This document shows, one piece after another, positions 13,447-26,381 of a stretch of 64,000 nucleotides of DNA (position 1 is its first letter; every line of letters begins with the position of its first letter). The stretch is taken from contig NW_027192205.1 in assembly GCF_041956535.1 (NCBI RefSeq), positions 600,870 to 664,869 on the forward strand, in the 5' to 3' direction. The notes below the pieces were generated by a model. It ran no database searches. It was not told the DNA's origin and was given only the letters and a program-made list of their open reading frames with translations. The translations under genes and the position numbers were made by a program. The DNA comes from Calcarisporiella thermophila CBS 279.70 (Eukaryota > Fungi > Calcarisporiellomycota).

Positions 13447-14931
13447 CTAGGTGAAGGGGCTGGGGCATTTAGCATTGCCGTTCGTTTGGTCATACATTTT
13501 GGGCCGATAGCCAAACCAGGATAAAACCCAGATCTCTAGCGTCAACTCGAATTTCAGGTCGAGCTTAGGGCTCTCCTTGCCTGACTGCTGGAAGCCACAC
13601 GTAGCCAGGCCCTGCGAATTGTTTTGTGCCGAGGGGACCGCCACCTTGAGGGGAATTGAGAGCTCCTGCTGTTTCTCCTTCGCCATAAGGGTCACATCGT
13701 TGAGCTGGCCGCTTCCGACCTTTTCGTTGGACTGCGCGTCGAACGTAGCCACCTGCAAGGATCTCAGCTTGACGGGGATCCAGTTTTGCGAGTTATCGAT
13801 GGTAAACTGCAGCTTCCACTCCTGCGTGGCCGTGGAGTCGCCACTGGTGGAGGCGGCCGGCGTGTCGGACGACAGGGCCTTGAAGTGGGCGGAGGGCACG
13901 CGAGGCCAGCAGAAAAAGATCGTGACGCCCAAGCCAAGGAGGAGCACAATGGTGGTGTACAGGCAACTACGGGACCGGCAGCAGCCGCACCATCGCCGCC
14001 GGGGCTTCTTCGCGAGCATGGCGGGGGGGAGGGCAGAGGTGCCGAACGAGCTCGACATGGGCACGGCCGAAGAGGGCTTTACCCCGGGGGGGAAGGCAGA
14101 CTCGGGATGCTCCGAGATGTTGGCAAGGCCAATTCTGTCCGGTTCGTAGGCATGGGGGTTTGCCGTGTAGTAGGGGGGCTGGTCTCTCAGAGTGTCACCC
14201 CCCTTTAGATCACGCATGTCCTCCACCCGCTCGTCATAGTAAAGCATTTGGGCGGGCGGCGGCGAGTAGGGTTCCGAAGAATGATTGCTGTAGGGCAGAT
14301 ACGAATTAGTGCGGCGAGTTCCGGGGGCGGCGGTGGCGTCGACAGGATCCCGAGTGGTATAAGCGTCGTATGCATACTCGTGATCGCGAGGACCAGGTTG
14401 AGAGTTGGGCGCATTGTACATCGGGTTACCGCCTGGGTGGTGTGTGTAAGCGTCGTAGTGAGGATGGCCGTCATAGTTGGTGTCGTGATATCTATTGTTT
14501 TCAGGAGCCAATGATGGCCAATTGGCCGCAGCATTGGGATCGTTAATTGCCCGATGGCCGAGATATTGATCTGTGGAGAATTCAATACGGGAGGGTGGAT
14601 GACATGAGCGCTATTTACTAACATAATACACCCATTCAAAGCTACACTCACCGTAGGCGTGGCCATGGTCCATTTCCCGCCGCATCCACATGTCTCGCTC
14701 ATTGTATTCATCGTATCCGTATTGCCCGTGGGCACCTCGATGATCTGCTTGCTGCGGCGCATAATAATCTTGCTCGTAGTCCAAATGATCCTCTGCATAG
14801 TCGGCATTGTGCCTTGACGGAGAAGTCGAGGCCTGCAGGAATGGGGGGGATGACTGCGAAGGCGATGACGGCAGCATGGCACGGTGAGGGGGGGCCACAG
14901 GCGGCGAGAGGGGGCGCTGATAATTACTCAT
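13447..14931 (-). CDS. Single-pass membrane protein with Pro/Tyr-rich N-terminus and LEA_2-like beta domain
   Basis: Disordered N-terminus, RRWCGCC cluster, TM segment ending FFCWPRVP, and FTIDNSQNWIPVKL typical of fungal LEA_2-type proteins. One intron near 14572-14650. Confidence 0.75.
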
Positions 14932-17047
14932 GGCTGAGGATATTAGATTAGTGCCAGCACGGAATATTAAAATAGAACTAAAGTCAGAGGGAGGTGATAA
15001 ATAGGGAAGGGGGAGGGCCGCTTCTCAGGGGGGAGGCAGCGCAGGAGGGGGCGAGAAGGGGCGGGGGCTGCTGAATCAATCAGGAGAAAGACGAGGGAGG
15101 AGAGATGGATGGGCTAGAGCGTCGGCGGAGGGCGATGGTGCCAGAGCTCATCAGCAGGGGCAGAGGCTGAGGAGGGAGGAGAACGCGTTGTGTGAAATCC
15201 GAAATTTCTCGCCTGTTCTTGGGCCGCAATTCGCTACGAGGGGGGTCCGGGAGGAATCTTGCGCTGACCAATGGCAGCGTCCGCAGCACAACCTTTCACG
15301 CGGGCAGGACGTAAGCAAAAGCCAAAGGCCCAGAATGGAGAATGGGCTACGTAATAAACTTAGTTGCGTTGTGCACGCTGGCCTCACTCGTCCTCCACTC
15401 TCCCCGCCGTGCCTGGGGTGCATATGAGCGTGTTTTTTCTAAGCCCCAGCTCAGCGCGCGCTTTTTTTCGCTTTCTGCGGAGAATTTTCGCAGCTTTTCC
15501 GCGGGCCAGATCCTAAGGTCGGGTGCTCGACTAGGCCCTCTCCCCGGCCTGGCACGCGTGAAATCGCCCGCCCTATAAAGTCCAAGCCAGGGTGGGAAGC
15601 CAATCTGCTGCGGCGGTCTGCTGAGCTCGCATCTACAGCGAAGATTTATGTTGTACTCCTTTTTGTGCTTGGGGACTCTGCCCAGTGCCGTGCATAAGTT
15701 CGTGACGTCCCGCCGTGACGTCTTCTCTGGCGGCTATGGCGAATCTATTCATAAGTGGCCCGGCTTCGTGTCCTGATCCCTCTTCGATTCTAGATCGCAC
15801 CTCTCTTCCAGCCAAAGCCTAACTAAGCGCGACTTGCAGGACTTACCGTAGGATTCGATCATGCTCTGGAGGCGGTCGTTCCGATAGGGCATTTCTTTCT
15901 TGTATATTAGCCCTCCACGAACGCAAATTTCCATCGTTGGATGCCGTTTTCAGAAGCATTGTGACGCCTCTCTCCCTCTTTACGTAATAGAGCTCAAGCA
16001 CCAAAAAGAGTTGCCATTGAGCCCATCTTATCCTATATTCTTGCGTTGTGGTGATGCTGCAGGATACAGGCTTATCCTTCTCGCCAAATTTGTATTAAAT
16101 GGACCTTCAGCCCGAACCCTGATTTTTGGGTCTCGGTTCGAAATGGTAGTTGGTAATGCGCTAGAAATGTTTGAGCTCTTAGTGCATTGGGGTATGCAGA
16201 TTGCCTATTAAAGATCATTCCTTGGGTGGTTTTTTTTTCCCCTTATCTACGTGCTTATATTGAGCTGTGGCTCTAAATGAGATGAGGGACCAATGGCATA
16301 CAGACCATGTAAAATTGCTTGTAGGCAATCTCCTCTGCTTGATGCATTCTTGGCGCAGAATAGGTCTAGTTCGTGGGCTTGACTCGGATGGTGAAGATAC
16401 CGCTGCATCTATCTACCTTGAGGCTTGATTGTTAGAGGAACCACGGCGGATGATCGAGTAATCCCTAAAATTAACGGAGCTGACCACGCTATCCAATGCC
16501 AGCCTACTTGTCCGAAGTTGGATCAAGGACGGCGGCGTAGCTGGCTGCCCACTTAGATCCTCGCTGTTCTCTGATTTCAGCGGTTGCTAGAGAGCGTGGG
16601 CTGGGCCAAGCCAAAAGCCATGATGGCCGGCGATCCATACGGCCAAGGGCTGGGGTTGGGGCATTTCCAACCGTTCCTCCACGGTGGAGGGAGGGGCATG
16701 CCAGCGGGTAGCTGCAGCCGCATTTTCTGATTCAGATCGGCCCCGTGATGAGCTGTGCGCATCCTATCCTGATGCAGCATCGTGGAACAGCACGGCTTGA
16801 TTGAACAAGGGAGCCGAGCCTTTGGGAAATTGCGAAATAGAGACACCAAGCGCTAATAATTTTCGTTTCAATCGTGCGGCTTGTATCCTCGAAATGGATC
16901 GTGAAATTTTCCTCTTCTCTTTGACAGAGGGATTTCCAATTGGATCCAGTTCTTTGTGCCAGAGCATTTTCATTCGCAATCCCAATGTATTAGTGAGTTC
17001 ACGCATTGTAGCCGTCGAATTCGCTTTCTTGTAAAGTATCCATCCCC

Positions 17048-20000
17048 ATGTCGAGCCTAAACCTCACCAGAGAAGGCGGATCTACCGGCTCACTACATAA
17101 TCCCGAGCAGTCGCACGAACATACCAAGCGCAAGAAATCGCGCGATGGGGCCGAGTCATTGCTCTCGTATATATTTGGCGGATCCCTTTCCTCGTCTAAT
17201 CAGCGTCCGCCCAACACTCCTGCAGCCATGTCTGCTGCTTCTGCGTACGTCCACGAAAAATCTCACCTCAATTCGTCGGATTGGCCCCGCTCAAACAGCT
17301 TTCAGCAGCTGCCTTACTCGCCGGCCGATGGCTTCAAGCGGCATCGCAAAGAAAAATCAGTTGATTCGCTGGTGGTGCCGAGCGCGGTCGATAACGCGCG
17401 TCGGCATTCGAACGAAAGCTCTCGACAATTATCCAAGACGCCCTCCTCGAATCCTCCTCCCTACACCTACGCCCCGACCCCAGCCAAATCTTCGCATACC
17501 TATGCCACCCTCGCCTCGGCAATGCATCTTCCCCCCGCACCTCCCAGTCGCACCAACTCGCGTTCTCGGACGGCTTCTCATTCGACGGATGAGCATCGGC
17601 GCAGCAGTACTACTTCAGACATCGACGAGCAACTGATAAGAGAAATGCAAATGATTGCCGAGCACTCTAGGAGAGTTCCAGACGTGTATTCGCCCCCCAA
17701 TGTCGATGCAAATTTTGCCCAAGAGTATTTCCCCCCTCCGAAGAGCACTCCCCAGAAAGAGAAGCGTGGGTTGCTGTCTCGGTTTGGAAGAAAAAAGAGT
17801 AAAGAGCCTGAAGGTGGATACTGCCGCTTTTGCTTACCCTGTTTTATTGACTAAACCAAACCTTATTTTTCCCTCTCTACCCAACTTGTGGGTCTTTTTT
17901 AGCCGAGCGCGCCCATAGAGTCTCCTTCGACTACATTCCTCCCTATGGTAGCCAATCTCGGGAGGGCTCCATCAGTTCTTACACGGGAGGTAAGGGGTCA
18001 GTGGCATCCCCTCCATCCGCAGAGCGCGACAATCCCTTTGATATTCCAGCCCGACACTTTGCAGACAAACGCGAAGATAGAACGCGGTATAATGCCAACG
18101 CTTTAGCGGTAGATCAAGGTTGGTTGCAGTCATGAATAGAAAAGAGTCTCTTTCGGATCCATCCTCATTTTACTTTCCACTCCATCGGCAGATTACGATG
18201 CTTCACACCCCGGAGACGGAGGTTCAAAACACACTGCTCTGCTTGGTTTTCATCGCCCTCGCCAACGTCAGCAAAAATATACGCCCGCCTCTCACCAGAG
18301 CCAGTATTTGGACGAGAGTTCACCCGAGGTCGAAGGAAACGAGACGGTCTTTCAACGACAGATCTATGAGATAGCGCCTTGGCTGTCGGACTCGAATTTG
18401 CCCTCCGCTTTGCGAGGCCAACCTGCCATAGAGGCATGGGCCACCCCTAGTTCTCTCGAGGGGGGCGATGCCGAAAAGGCGGGCAGTGTTGCGCAGGGAG
18501 AGAATCGCGACGTTATGGCTAGAAATGTAAGTTGTTTTCTCAATTTCCAAGCGTCAGAATGCTTGTCTGAAGTGAGGTGCTTGTGTGTTTTCAGTATTAC
18601 ATCCGAGTTCATCGCCATGACGGAACCTTTGCCACCGTTTTGATAACACTCCACACTACCGCTGAAGAGCTTCGCCAGATGCTAGCCAAGAAAACATTTA
18701 TCCCCGATATCAGCAAATTTAACATTTATTTTAGCCATAATAACCTGGGTAGCCCTCCCTCTGTTTTACCCTGCGAGTTGTTTATGCGAAAATTAACTGC
18801 TTACCCTATTTTTTTTTTCCATGGTAGAGCGCGCACTGCACCCACATGAAAAGCCCGCTCTCCTTTTAAAAAATTGGCTAGAGCAGATGGGCTACACTGA
18901 ACAAGATCGAATGGAGGACTTGGGTCGTGAGGATAACTCGAATCTAGTCAAATTCACATTTAGACCCGCCACGATGATCCAGTTATTAGTAAGCTTTCTT
19001 CCCTCCTCCCTCCTACCCTGATAACCATCTCAATCACCTTTATCCTTCTTTATTATTTTATTTATATTAATTTTGTCTACTCTCCTTGTAGGAGGAACAC
19101 TTGGGTCTAGAAAGCTTTCAACATATCGATCTGCAAGGCCAGAATCTCCCCACCATCCCTTTCTGGCTCTATCGCCATGCCGAAAATATCGTGACCCTGA
19201 ACGTGTCGCACAATCTGGGCGCTGATTTTCCCGAAGATTTTGCACAGGAGTGCATTTCTCTTAGGGACTTGCGGCTCTCCTCCAATGGACTACAGAGGGT
19301 GCCCGAGGGGATCCATCGAGTGTCGACTCTCATTCATCTAGATTTATCGAGCAATCGATTAAAGAATCTTGCCGGGACCGGCATTGAGAGTTTAAACGCG
19401 TTGACGAGCCTCTGGCTCTACAACAATTTGCTGGACACCCTCCCCCTCGCATTCAGGCAGCTGCAGCATTTGTGCACGCTTGACCTGTCGAATAATGAAC
19501 TTCGAACGTTCCCCACCGCGGTCACCAACATCCTGAGTCTCCAAGAGCTCGACCTCGGCCACAATGACATCGAAGAGCTCCCCGACACAATCCGACGGCT
19601 AGGGAATCTGCGCCACCTGGTGCTCATCGGCAATAGGTTGCGTCACCTCCCAGAAGGCATCTCGGGGCTGGTGCGATTACAGACCCTAGACTTGCGCCAG
19701 AATTTACTCACGGACACAGAACGGCTGCCGATGATCCCGGAGCTAGAGAAGGTGCAGCTGGACGACAATTTGATAGAACGAGTGCGGGTGCCTCGGTCTC
19801 TTCATGAAATGAGACTCGCCCGTTGCCCCATCTTGGCATTCGATTTTACGGGGGACTCGCACTTGCGCTATCTGGATTTGACGGGATGTCATCTCACCCT
19901 CCTTCCAGACGCCCTCTTCCTCCACCTTCGAGAGCTGGAGCACTTCATCCTGGATGACAACCGGCTCACCTCCCTCCCTCCCCTCATAAAGAATCTCACT

Positions 20001-23000
20001 CGCTTGGTGCGGTTGAGCTGCAACGGCAATGCGCTCACCATGCTCCCCTCCGAAATCGGAGCCCTTAAGACGCTGAAGGAGCTGGAGGTACAGCGCAACA
20101 GCCTGAAAACTCTGCCCCGGGAGATCTGGACCTGCGGCGCCCTGGTCACCCTGAATGCCAGCTCGAACCTCTTGGTGAATTTTCCTGCGCCTCCCATCAA
20201 TACCTCGGCTGCAGCCGCATTCGCCTCCACCGTGAAGGCATTCCCCCCCTCCTCCCCCTCCTCCTCCCCTTCTGCCTCGGCCGGCATTTCGCCCTCGGGC
20301 CGGAGCGAATTCGATTTCTTCGCCCCCGGGGCTATGACCGGCTTCAGCTCGGAGCCTAGCTCCGCGGTGGACGACCCCGGGGACGTCAAGTTCAACCCAC
20401 CCTCCTTCTTCTCCTCTCCGCGCAATCACCCGCCCCCGCTCGCCTTCTCACTCAACCGCCTTCTCCTCGGCGACAACGGCCTCACCGACGATGTGTTTGG
20501 GCCGCTCTCCCTCTTCACCGAGCTGCGCGTGTTGAACCTGGCGTGGAATGATCTCTATGAGATCCCCGTCGATGGATTGTCCCACCAGCAGCTGCAGGAG
20601 CTGCACCTGTCCGGGAATCAGCTCACCTCGATCCCCACCGACCACATAGAACGGCTGAGCAGTCTGAGGCTGCTCTGCCTCGACGGAAACAAGCTGCAGA
20701 CGGTGCCGGCCGAGCTGGGCAAATTGCGCCGCCTCTTGGTGTTGGACGTAGGCTGCAACTCACTTAAGTACAACATCACTAACTGGCCCTACGATTGGAA
20801 CTGGAATTGGAACGTTGGCCTGCATTACCTGAACCTCTCGGGCAACAAGCGCCTGGAGGTCAAGTATCACCATCGGCCGGGCGACGAGGTTCCCCAGGAG
20901 AAGCATTTAGCGGAATTCGACGCGTTGACGCAGCTGAAGGTGTTAGGCCTGATGGACGTCACGCTCATGGTGGGGGTGCCAGATGAGACGGAGGATAGGC
21001 GTATTCGCACGACCCCATCGGAGGTGAACTGCATGACGTACGGGATGGCCGACACACTCTCGGCCTCCAACCGGTTGGCGACCTGGGACCTTGTCATCCC
21101 GCGGTTCCGCGGGCGGGACGACGAGTGCTTGTTCGCGTTGTTCGAAGGCCGGCTCAGCGGAGGCGGCAGCGGTGGGTGCAAGCTTGCCAAACAGTTGAAT
21201 GATTCCCTCCACTACCGCTTCAGCGACGAGCTGGGCCAGGGGGAGGAGGAGGAGGAGACCACGGATATCCCCACGGCACTGCGGCGCACCTTCCTGGGCC
21301 TGAACCGCGACGTGGCGGCGATCGGAATCGCCGAGCGGTCGGGCGCATGCGCGGCCGTGGCCTACATCAAAAAGACGCGCCTCTACGTGGCCAATGTTGG
21401 CAACGTGCAAGCGGTGCTGGCGCGTAAAGGCAGGGAGACGGTCACCCTGACGCCGGAGCATCTTCCGCGCGTCGAGCGGGCCCGAACGAGAGGGGCCGGT
21501 GCGTATCTGACGCGGGAGCAGCTGTTAAACGGGGAGCTGGACGTGTCGAGGGCGTTCGGGCACTTTTCGCACTGCCCAGCCATCAATGCGAACCCGTCCG
21601 TGACCACGTGGGAGCTGACGGCCCAGGACGAGTTTCTGATCCTGGGGACGGCCGGGCTCTGGTCGCAACTGCCGCCCTCGAACGCCGTCGATGTGGTGCG
21701 GACGGAGCGGGAGGATATCATGCGTGCTGCGCACAAACTGCGCGACTTTGCGGTGGCCTACGGGGCCGACAACGTCACCGTCATGATCATCGGAGTGGGG
21801 GGCCTTTTCGAGGAGAACCGCAAGCTCGCCCGCCAGAAGGTCGACCCCCAGACCAACTACGGAGCCAACACCGTGGGGCGGTTGATCACCGACCCGGATT
21901 TTGCCCACCATGGCAAGCGTCGGCGCGTGCGCGAGGGGGCCGCGGCCGGCGATTTGATGCTACGCGAGGTCGAACCGCCCGTGGGAGAGGTGGCCCTCGT
22001 CTTCACCGACATCAAGAGCTCGACGGCCCTGTGGGACGCCGTGCCCACCGCGATGCGCTCGGCCATCAAGGAGCACAACGCGATCATGCGCCGGCAGTTG
22101 GACGCGATGGGGGGATACGAGGTCCGAACGGAGGGCGACGCGTTCATGGTGTCATTCCCGAGCGTGACTGCGGCGATGCTCTTTTGCTTTACGGTGCAGC
22201 TGGAGCTGCTGAGGGCGGATTGGCCGGTGGAGATCTTGGAGACCGAGGAGTGCCGTGAAGTGGTGGAGGAGTTGGATGAGGAGGAGAAGGAGGACGGGGA
22301 GGAGGAGGTGGCGGCGGCGGAGGAACTGGTCGACGAGAACGGCCATGGCAACGGGTCCTCGGCGGAGGAGTCCGGCAGTGGGGTTGCGAATGGGGCCATG
22401 GGGCCGGATCAGGGGGAGGCGAGGGACCGGCGGTCAAATCGCGAGAATGGCTCGCTCTCCAACTTGGCGAACGGGCACCGGCCCAGGGCTAGGAAAGGGG
22501 CTACCCTGTACCGCGGGCTGTCGGTTCGCATGGGCATCCACTGGGGCTCGCCGGTGTGTGAGGTAGACCCCATCACCCAGCGTATGGGCTACTTCGGGCC
22601 GATGGTGAACCGTGCCTCGCGAGTGTGCAACGTGGCGGATGGGGGTCAGATTAGTGTCTCGCGGGATGTGATGGTGGAGCTGCATGCGATCGAGGAGGCC
22701 CTGGCCTCGGAGGGGTCCCAGGAGGAGGAGGAGGAAGAGGAGCAGGATCGAAGGCGCCGGAAGCTGGCGCGGGATGCGATTGCGCTGCGCGAGCTCGGGG
22801 TGTGCATCGTGCATCTGGGCGAGCGCAAGCTCAAAGGGCTTGAGACCCCCGAGGACGTGACGCTAGTGTATCCCCGGGCGCTGTCGGGGCGAGTGAAGCG
22901 GGTGATCGGCGAGAATCGAGTGTCAGCGCAAGGCCTGGTGGAGTCGGATTCCTTCAAGGCGAGCTGCATCAACCTGTTCGGGCAGGCCAAAGCCCCCCTC

Positions 23001-23333
23001 GTGGATCCGGAGCTGGTGCGGACGCTCGGCTACCTTTGTTTGCGCCTCGAGCGTGTCACGGCCGGCAACCCCTCCAAATCGTCTCCCCGGCACGACTACA
23101 TGGGCCGGATGATGACGGCCCACATCAAGGAGGAAGCGAAGGAGGAGGATCTGCTGCGGATCCTGGAGAATCTGATTGGGCGCGTGGAGAACATCACCAG
23201 CACCCTGTATCTGGCGAAGGTGGGCAGGTTCGTGCAGACGCTGCAGGAGGTCGGGCAGGCCGCCGGCATGGATGGGGCAGCCGTGTTGAGGGCGCTGGTT
23301 GGAAGCGCCCAGGCGGAAGAGCTTTTTGGCTAG
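17048..23333 (+). CDS. CYR1: Adenylate cyclase (RA, LRR, PP2C-like and class III cyclase domains)
   Basis: YYIRVHRHDGTFAT (RA domain); many LRRs; KYNITNWPYDWNWNWN; PP2C-like region; VALVFTDIKSST, EVRTEGDAFMV, RMGIHWG, GPMVNRASRV. About five 5' introns, then a ~4.2-kb terminal exon. Confidence 0.97.
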
Positions 23334-24011
23334 AAGATTTTCACACCTGTACGATACATACACACTTCTCCTCCATGGTTCAATTCTTTTTTTTTTTTCG
23401 TGGGGGAGAGGGGGGGAGGGCTAAGTTGTTTACTGTTCTATTTATGCTGTATTTCTTCGTTTCTCGCTTTCCCTTCTTCCCTCTCTCTTATTTGTGATGT
23501 GTTATTTCTTTGGTGCCCTCTTGTCTGCGCTGTCTTTTTCTTTGGAATTCCTTCTATCTTTTTTTTTTTGTTGTTTTCACTCTTAATTTAGCTTAAGCAG
23601 CCCTATTTAACTTGTGACAAGCCTGTTTATTAATGTTATTTCGCCAGTGTTTCCTATTTATTATAAGATAGAGTGGTTTGCTGCTATTTCTTCTAGAACG
23701 CTCAGGCATTGCCGAAAAGTCGAGAACGCATCCATCCTTAGCGAGATATGATTGAAAGCAACCCTTCCTAAAGAGGCTTAAGTGTTATTAGGTAGATTCG
23801 CCTCTTCAAGACTCTTACGAAATTGCCACCACAACTGGAAAAAAAAGCCTCCGCTCTCTCTTGTGATAAGAGTATTATTGATCATAGAACCTTGTTTTCT
23901 GAAGAGAAGGGGGACCGGTTGATTCTTTCGTTGTTTCCCAGTCTTTACCTTGCAGACGCCCTTACCACACACTCGCCGACCGTTTCACCCTTGCTGCACC
24001 CCGCATGCTCT

Positions 24012-26243
24012 ATGGATCCTAGCAGCCCGCTCAACTCCATCACATCCATATCGTCGACTAGCACCTATCTTGATCACGCCTCTACCGCCAACTTCCCCTC
24101 CAGCCTCAACCGATCCGGGAAATATCCCCTTGACGAATCGCTGGTTCGCGAGTGGCTCTCCACCTCGGCCCACGATCCATTCCTGCCCCTGGCCAACCCT
24201 GTCTCCCGCAAATCCTATGCCCGACTCATCGCGCAGATGTCACGCCTCTGCTCCCATGTTTACACTAAAGGCCTATTGGAGGCCCAAGGATTCGATGTTG
24301 TCATCCGCATTCCGGCCTGGAACAAGGAGTTTCGGCTGCACAAATTGGTGCTCTCGCAAAATGCCTTCTTCGATCGGCTGCTGCTGGGCCGATGGAAGGA
24401 GGCGGGGGAGGAGTGCGTGGAGCTCCACTTTGATGACACCAACATCACCCCTGAGGTAAGCTGCCTCGATTTCAAGCTCGATTGAAAGTATATGAGCTGC
24501 ATGCTCAAATCGATTTTATTTTTATTTCCTGAACCCCTCTTGTTCGCGCAGTCCTTCCATATAGCGATAGGAAAGCTCTATGGCCGCCTAGAAGACCCAA
24601 TCCATGACCAGAATGTATGTTCCCTCCTTGCAACCGCCTGCTTCCTGCAAATGGACGATTTCTCCGACGCCTGTGCCGAATATATCCTGCGTACTCTGTC
24701 GCCCTCCAATGTGGCCAAGTACCTGAGTTTTGTCGACGGCCATTGCTACGGTTCGGTTTCGGCGCGCATCGTCGAGGCGGCTTTCACCTATCTGTGCCGG
24801 GATGCCTATTCCGATCCGAGGTTGCGGAGCGCATTGGTCGAGATTCCGATCCAATGGCTCCAGCGACTGGTGGAATCGGATTTTTTTTGGGTGCCTGGAG
24901 AGTACGAGCGGTATAGCTTCGTGAAAGAGATCGTGGGTCTGCGCAGGGAGAAGCTGCGCTTGAGAAAGGCCAAGGGAGGATCGAAAGCGGCTTCAGGCCG
25001 AGATACTAATAGCCGCGTGGGTTCTAAGGGAAATGAGGGTGGAGTGAAGGAGACGAGTGAAAGAGTCAGCATGGAGTGTACCAAGGAGCAACATTGGGTA
25101 AACATGGGTAGCATGAGTGGGGAGGGGGAGTCGACTCCTCAGAAGGAGAGGAGGGAAGACGGTGGAGGGGTGGAGCATGTAGAGAACGCAGAAGGATTGC
25201 ACAAGGAGGAGATGGCTGTGGAAGAGGAAGAAGAAGGAGAGGAAGAGGAGGAGAAGGAGGAGGAAGATGAAGACGAGGCTGAAGAAGACGAGGAGCCATT
25301 TTACCTCGAGATGTTTGCCCACGCCATCATCTATGCCCACATGTCATTCGAGGAGCTGAACTCGATTAAACGCGATATCGATCCCGCCACCGGCAAGCCA
25401 TACGTCCCTGACGACATCATCAAGGATGCGCTCTGGCAACAGGTCGAGCTTCGCACCCGTATCATGGCAGCGTCGGAGACCGACGAGAAACTCGGGATTG
25501 TCGTCGGCGAGCACGAACCACACCCCACCCGCCATATAATTCCCGATGCAGATTACACCAAAGTTGGGGAGAGCATTGCGAATGCCACGTCTGCGTCCCA
25601 CCAGCACCAGCACCAGCGCCAGCAGGATGAGAAGGAGAAGCCCCGCCGGGAATACTCGCGGTTTGCCCCCTTCCGGTTCAGCATCGAGTTCACGGACGTG
25701 AGTGCCCTCAAGGAGAAGCACCGGGTCTACTCGCACACCGTCTTCTATGCTGGCTCCAACTGGAACCTCTACATCCAGAAAATACGGGGGCCGCGACGAA
25801 ACATGCAGCTTGGCGTGTATCTCCACCGGCAGAGCTCCTCTCCCGATTCAGCGGCCGGCGAGCTGGTGGTGGTGGAGAGAGAGCTGGATGGGACCACAAC
25901 GACCACAAGGACCTCGCTGGGGGGCTCCGGGACCTCGCACTTCTCCCTCTACACCGATCGGCGGCTCCGGGTGAAGACCTGGTTCAAGATCGTGTGCGCG
26001 TCCCACGGCCCTAGCCACATGCTAACGCAGTTCCAGAGCACTCCTGATGATTTCAAGCTGATGCAATCATGGGTAAATGGGGGATGGAAGGAGGAGGGGG
26101 AGTCAAAAATGATCTCATTCTAATGCCTATTTTGCTTTTCTTCATAGGGCTGGAGAAGCACGACTCTGTGTAGTGAGGACTATTCCGCGTCGGAGGGAAA
26201 TCCGGACGTGCTGCGATTCTCCATAGTGATGGGGCATGTGTAG
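24012..26243 (+). CDS. BTB/POZ protein with C-terminal MATH-like region (fission-yeast Btb2-like)
   Basis: DVVIRI..EFRLHKLVLSQNAFF (BTB); SLLATACFLQM; PFRFSIEF..VYSHTVFYAGSNWNLYIQ; QSWGWRS..LRFSIVMGHV*. Introns near 24456-24551 and 26073-26147. Confidence 0.85.
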
Positions 26244-26335
26244 ATGCTTGCGTCGTGTGAGGGGGGGGAATGATGAGTGTCTCTGTAAACTAGGCCATGT
26301 ATATAGACAAATACACGTATACGCACACCCACCTC

Positions 26336-26381
26336 TATAATATATAAATATATAAATATATAAATATATAAATATATATAA
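26336..26381. repeat. (TATATAAA)n AT microsatellite
   Basis: About five tandem 8-nt units downstream of the BTB gene. Confidence 0.85.
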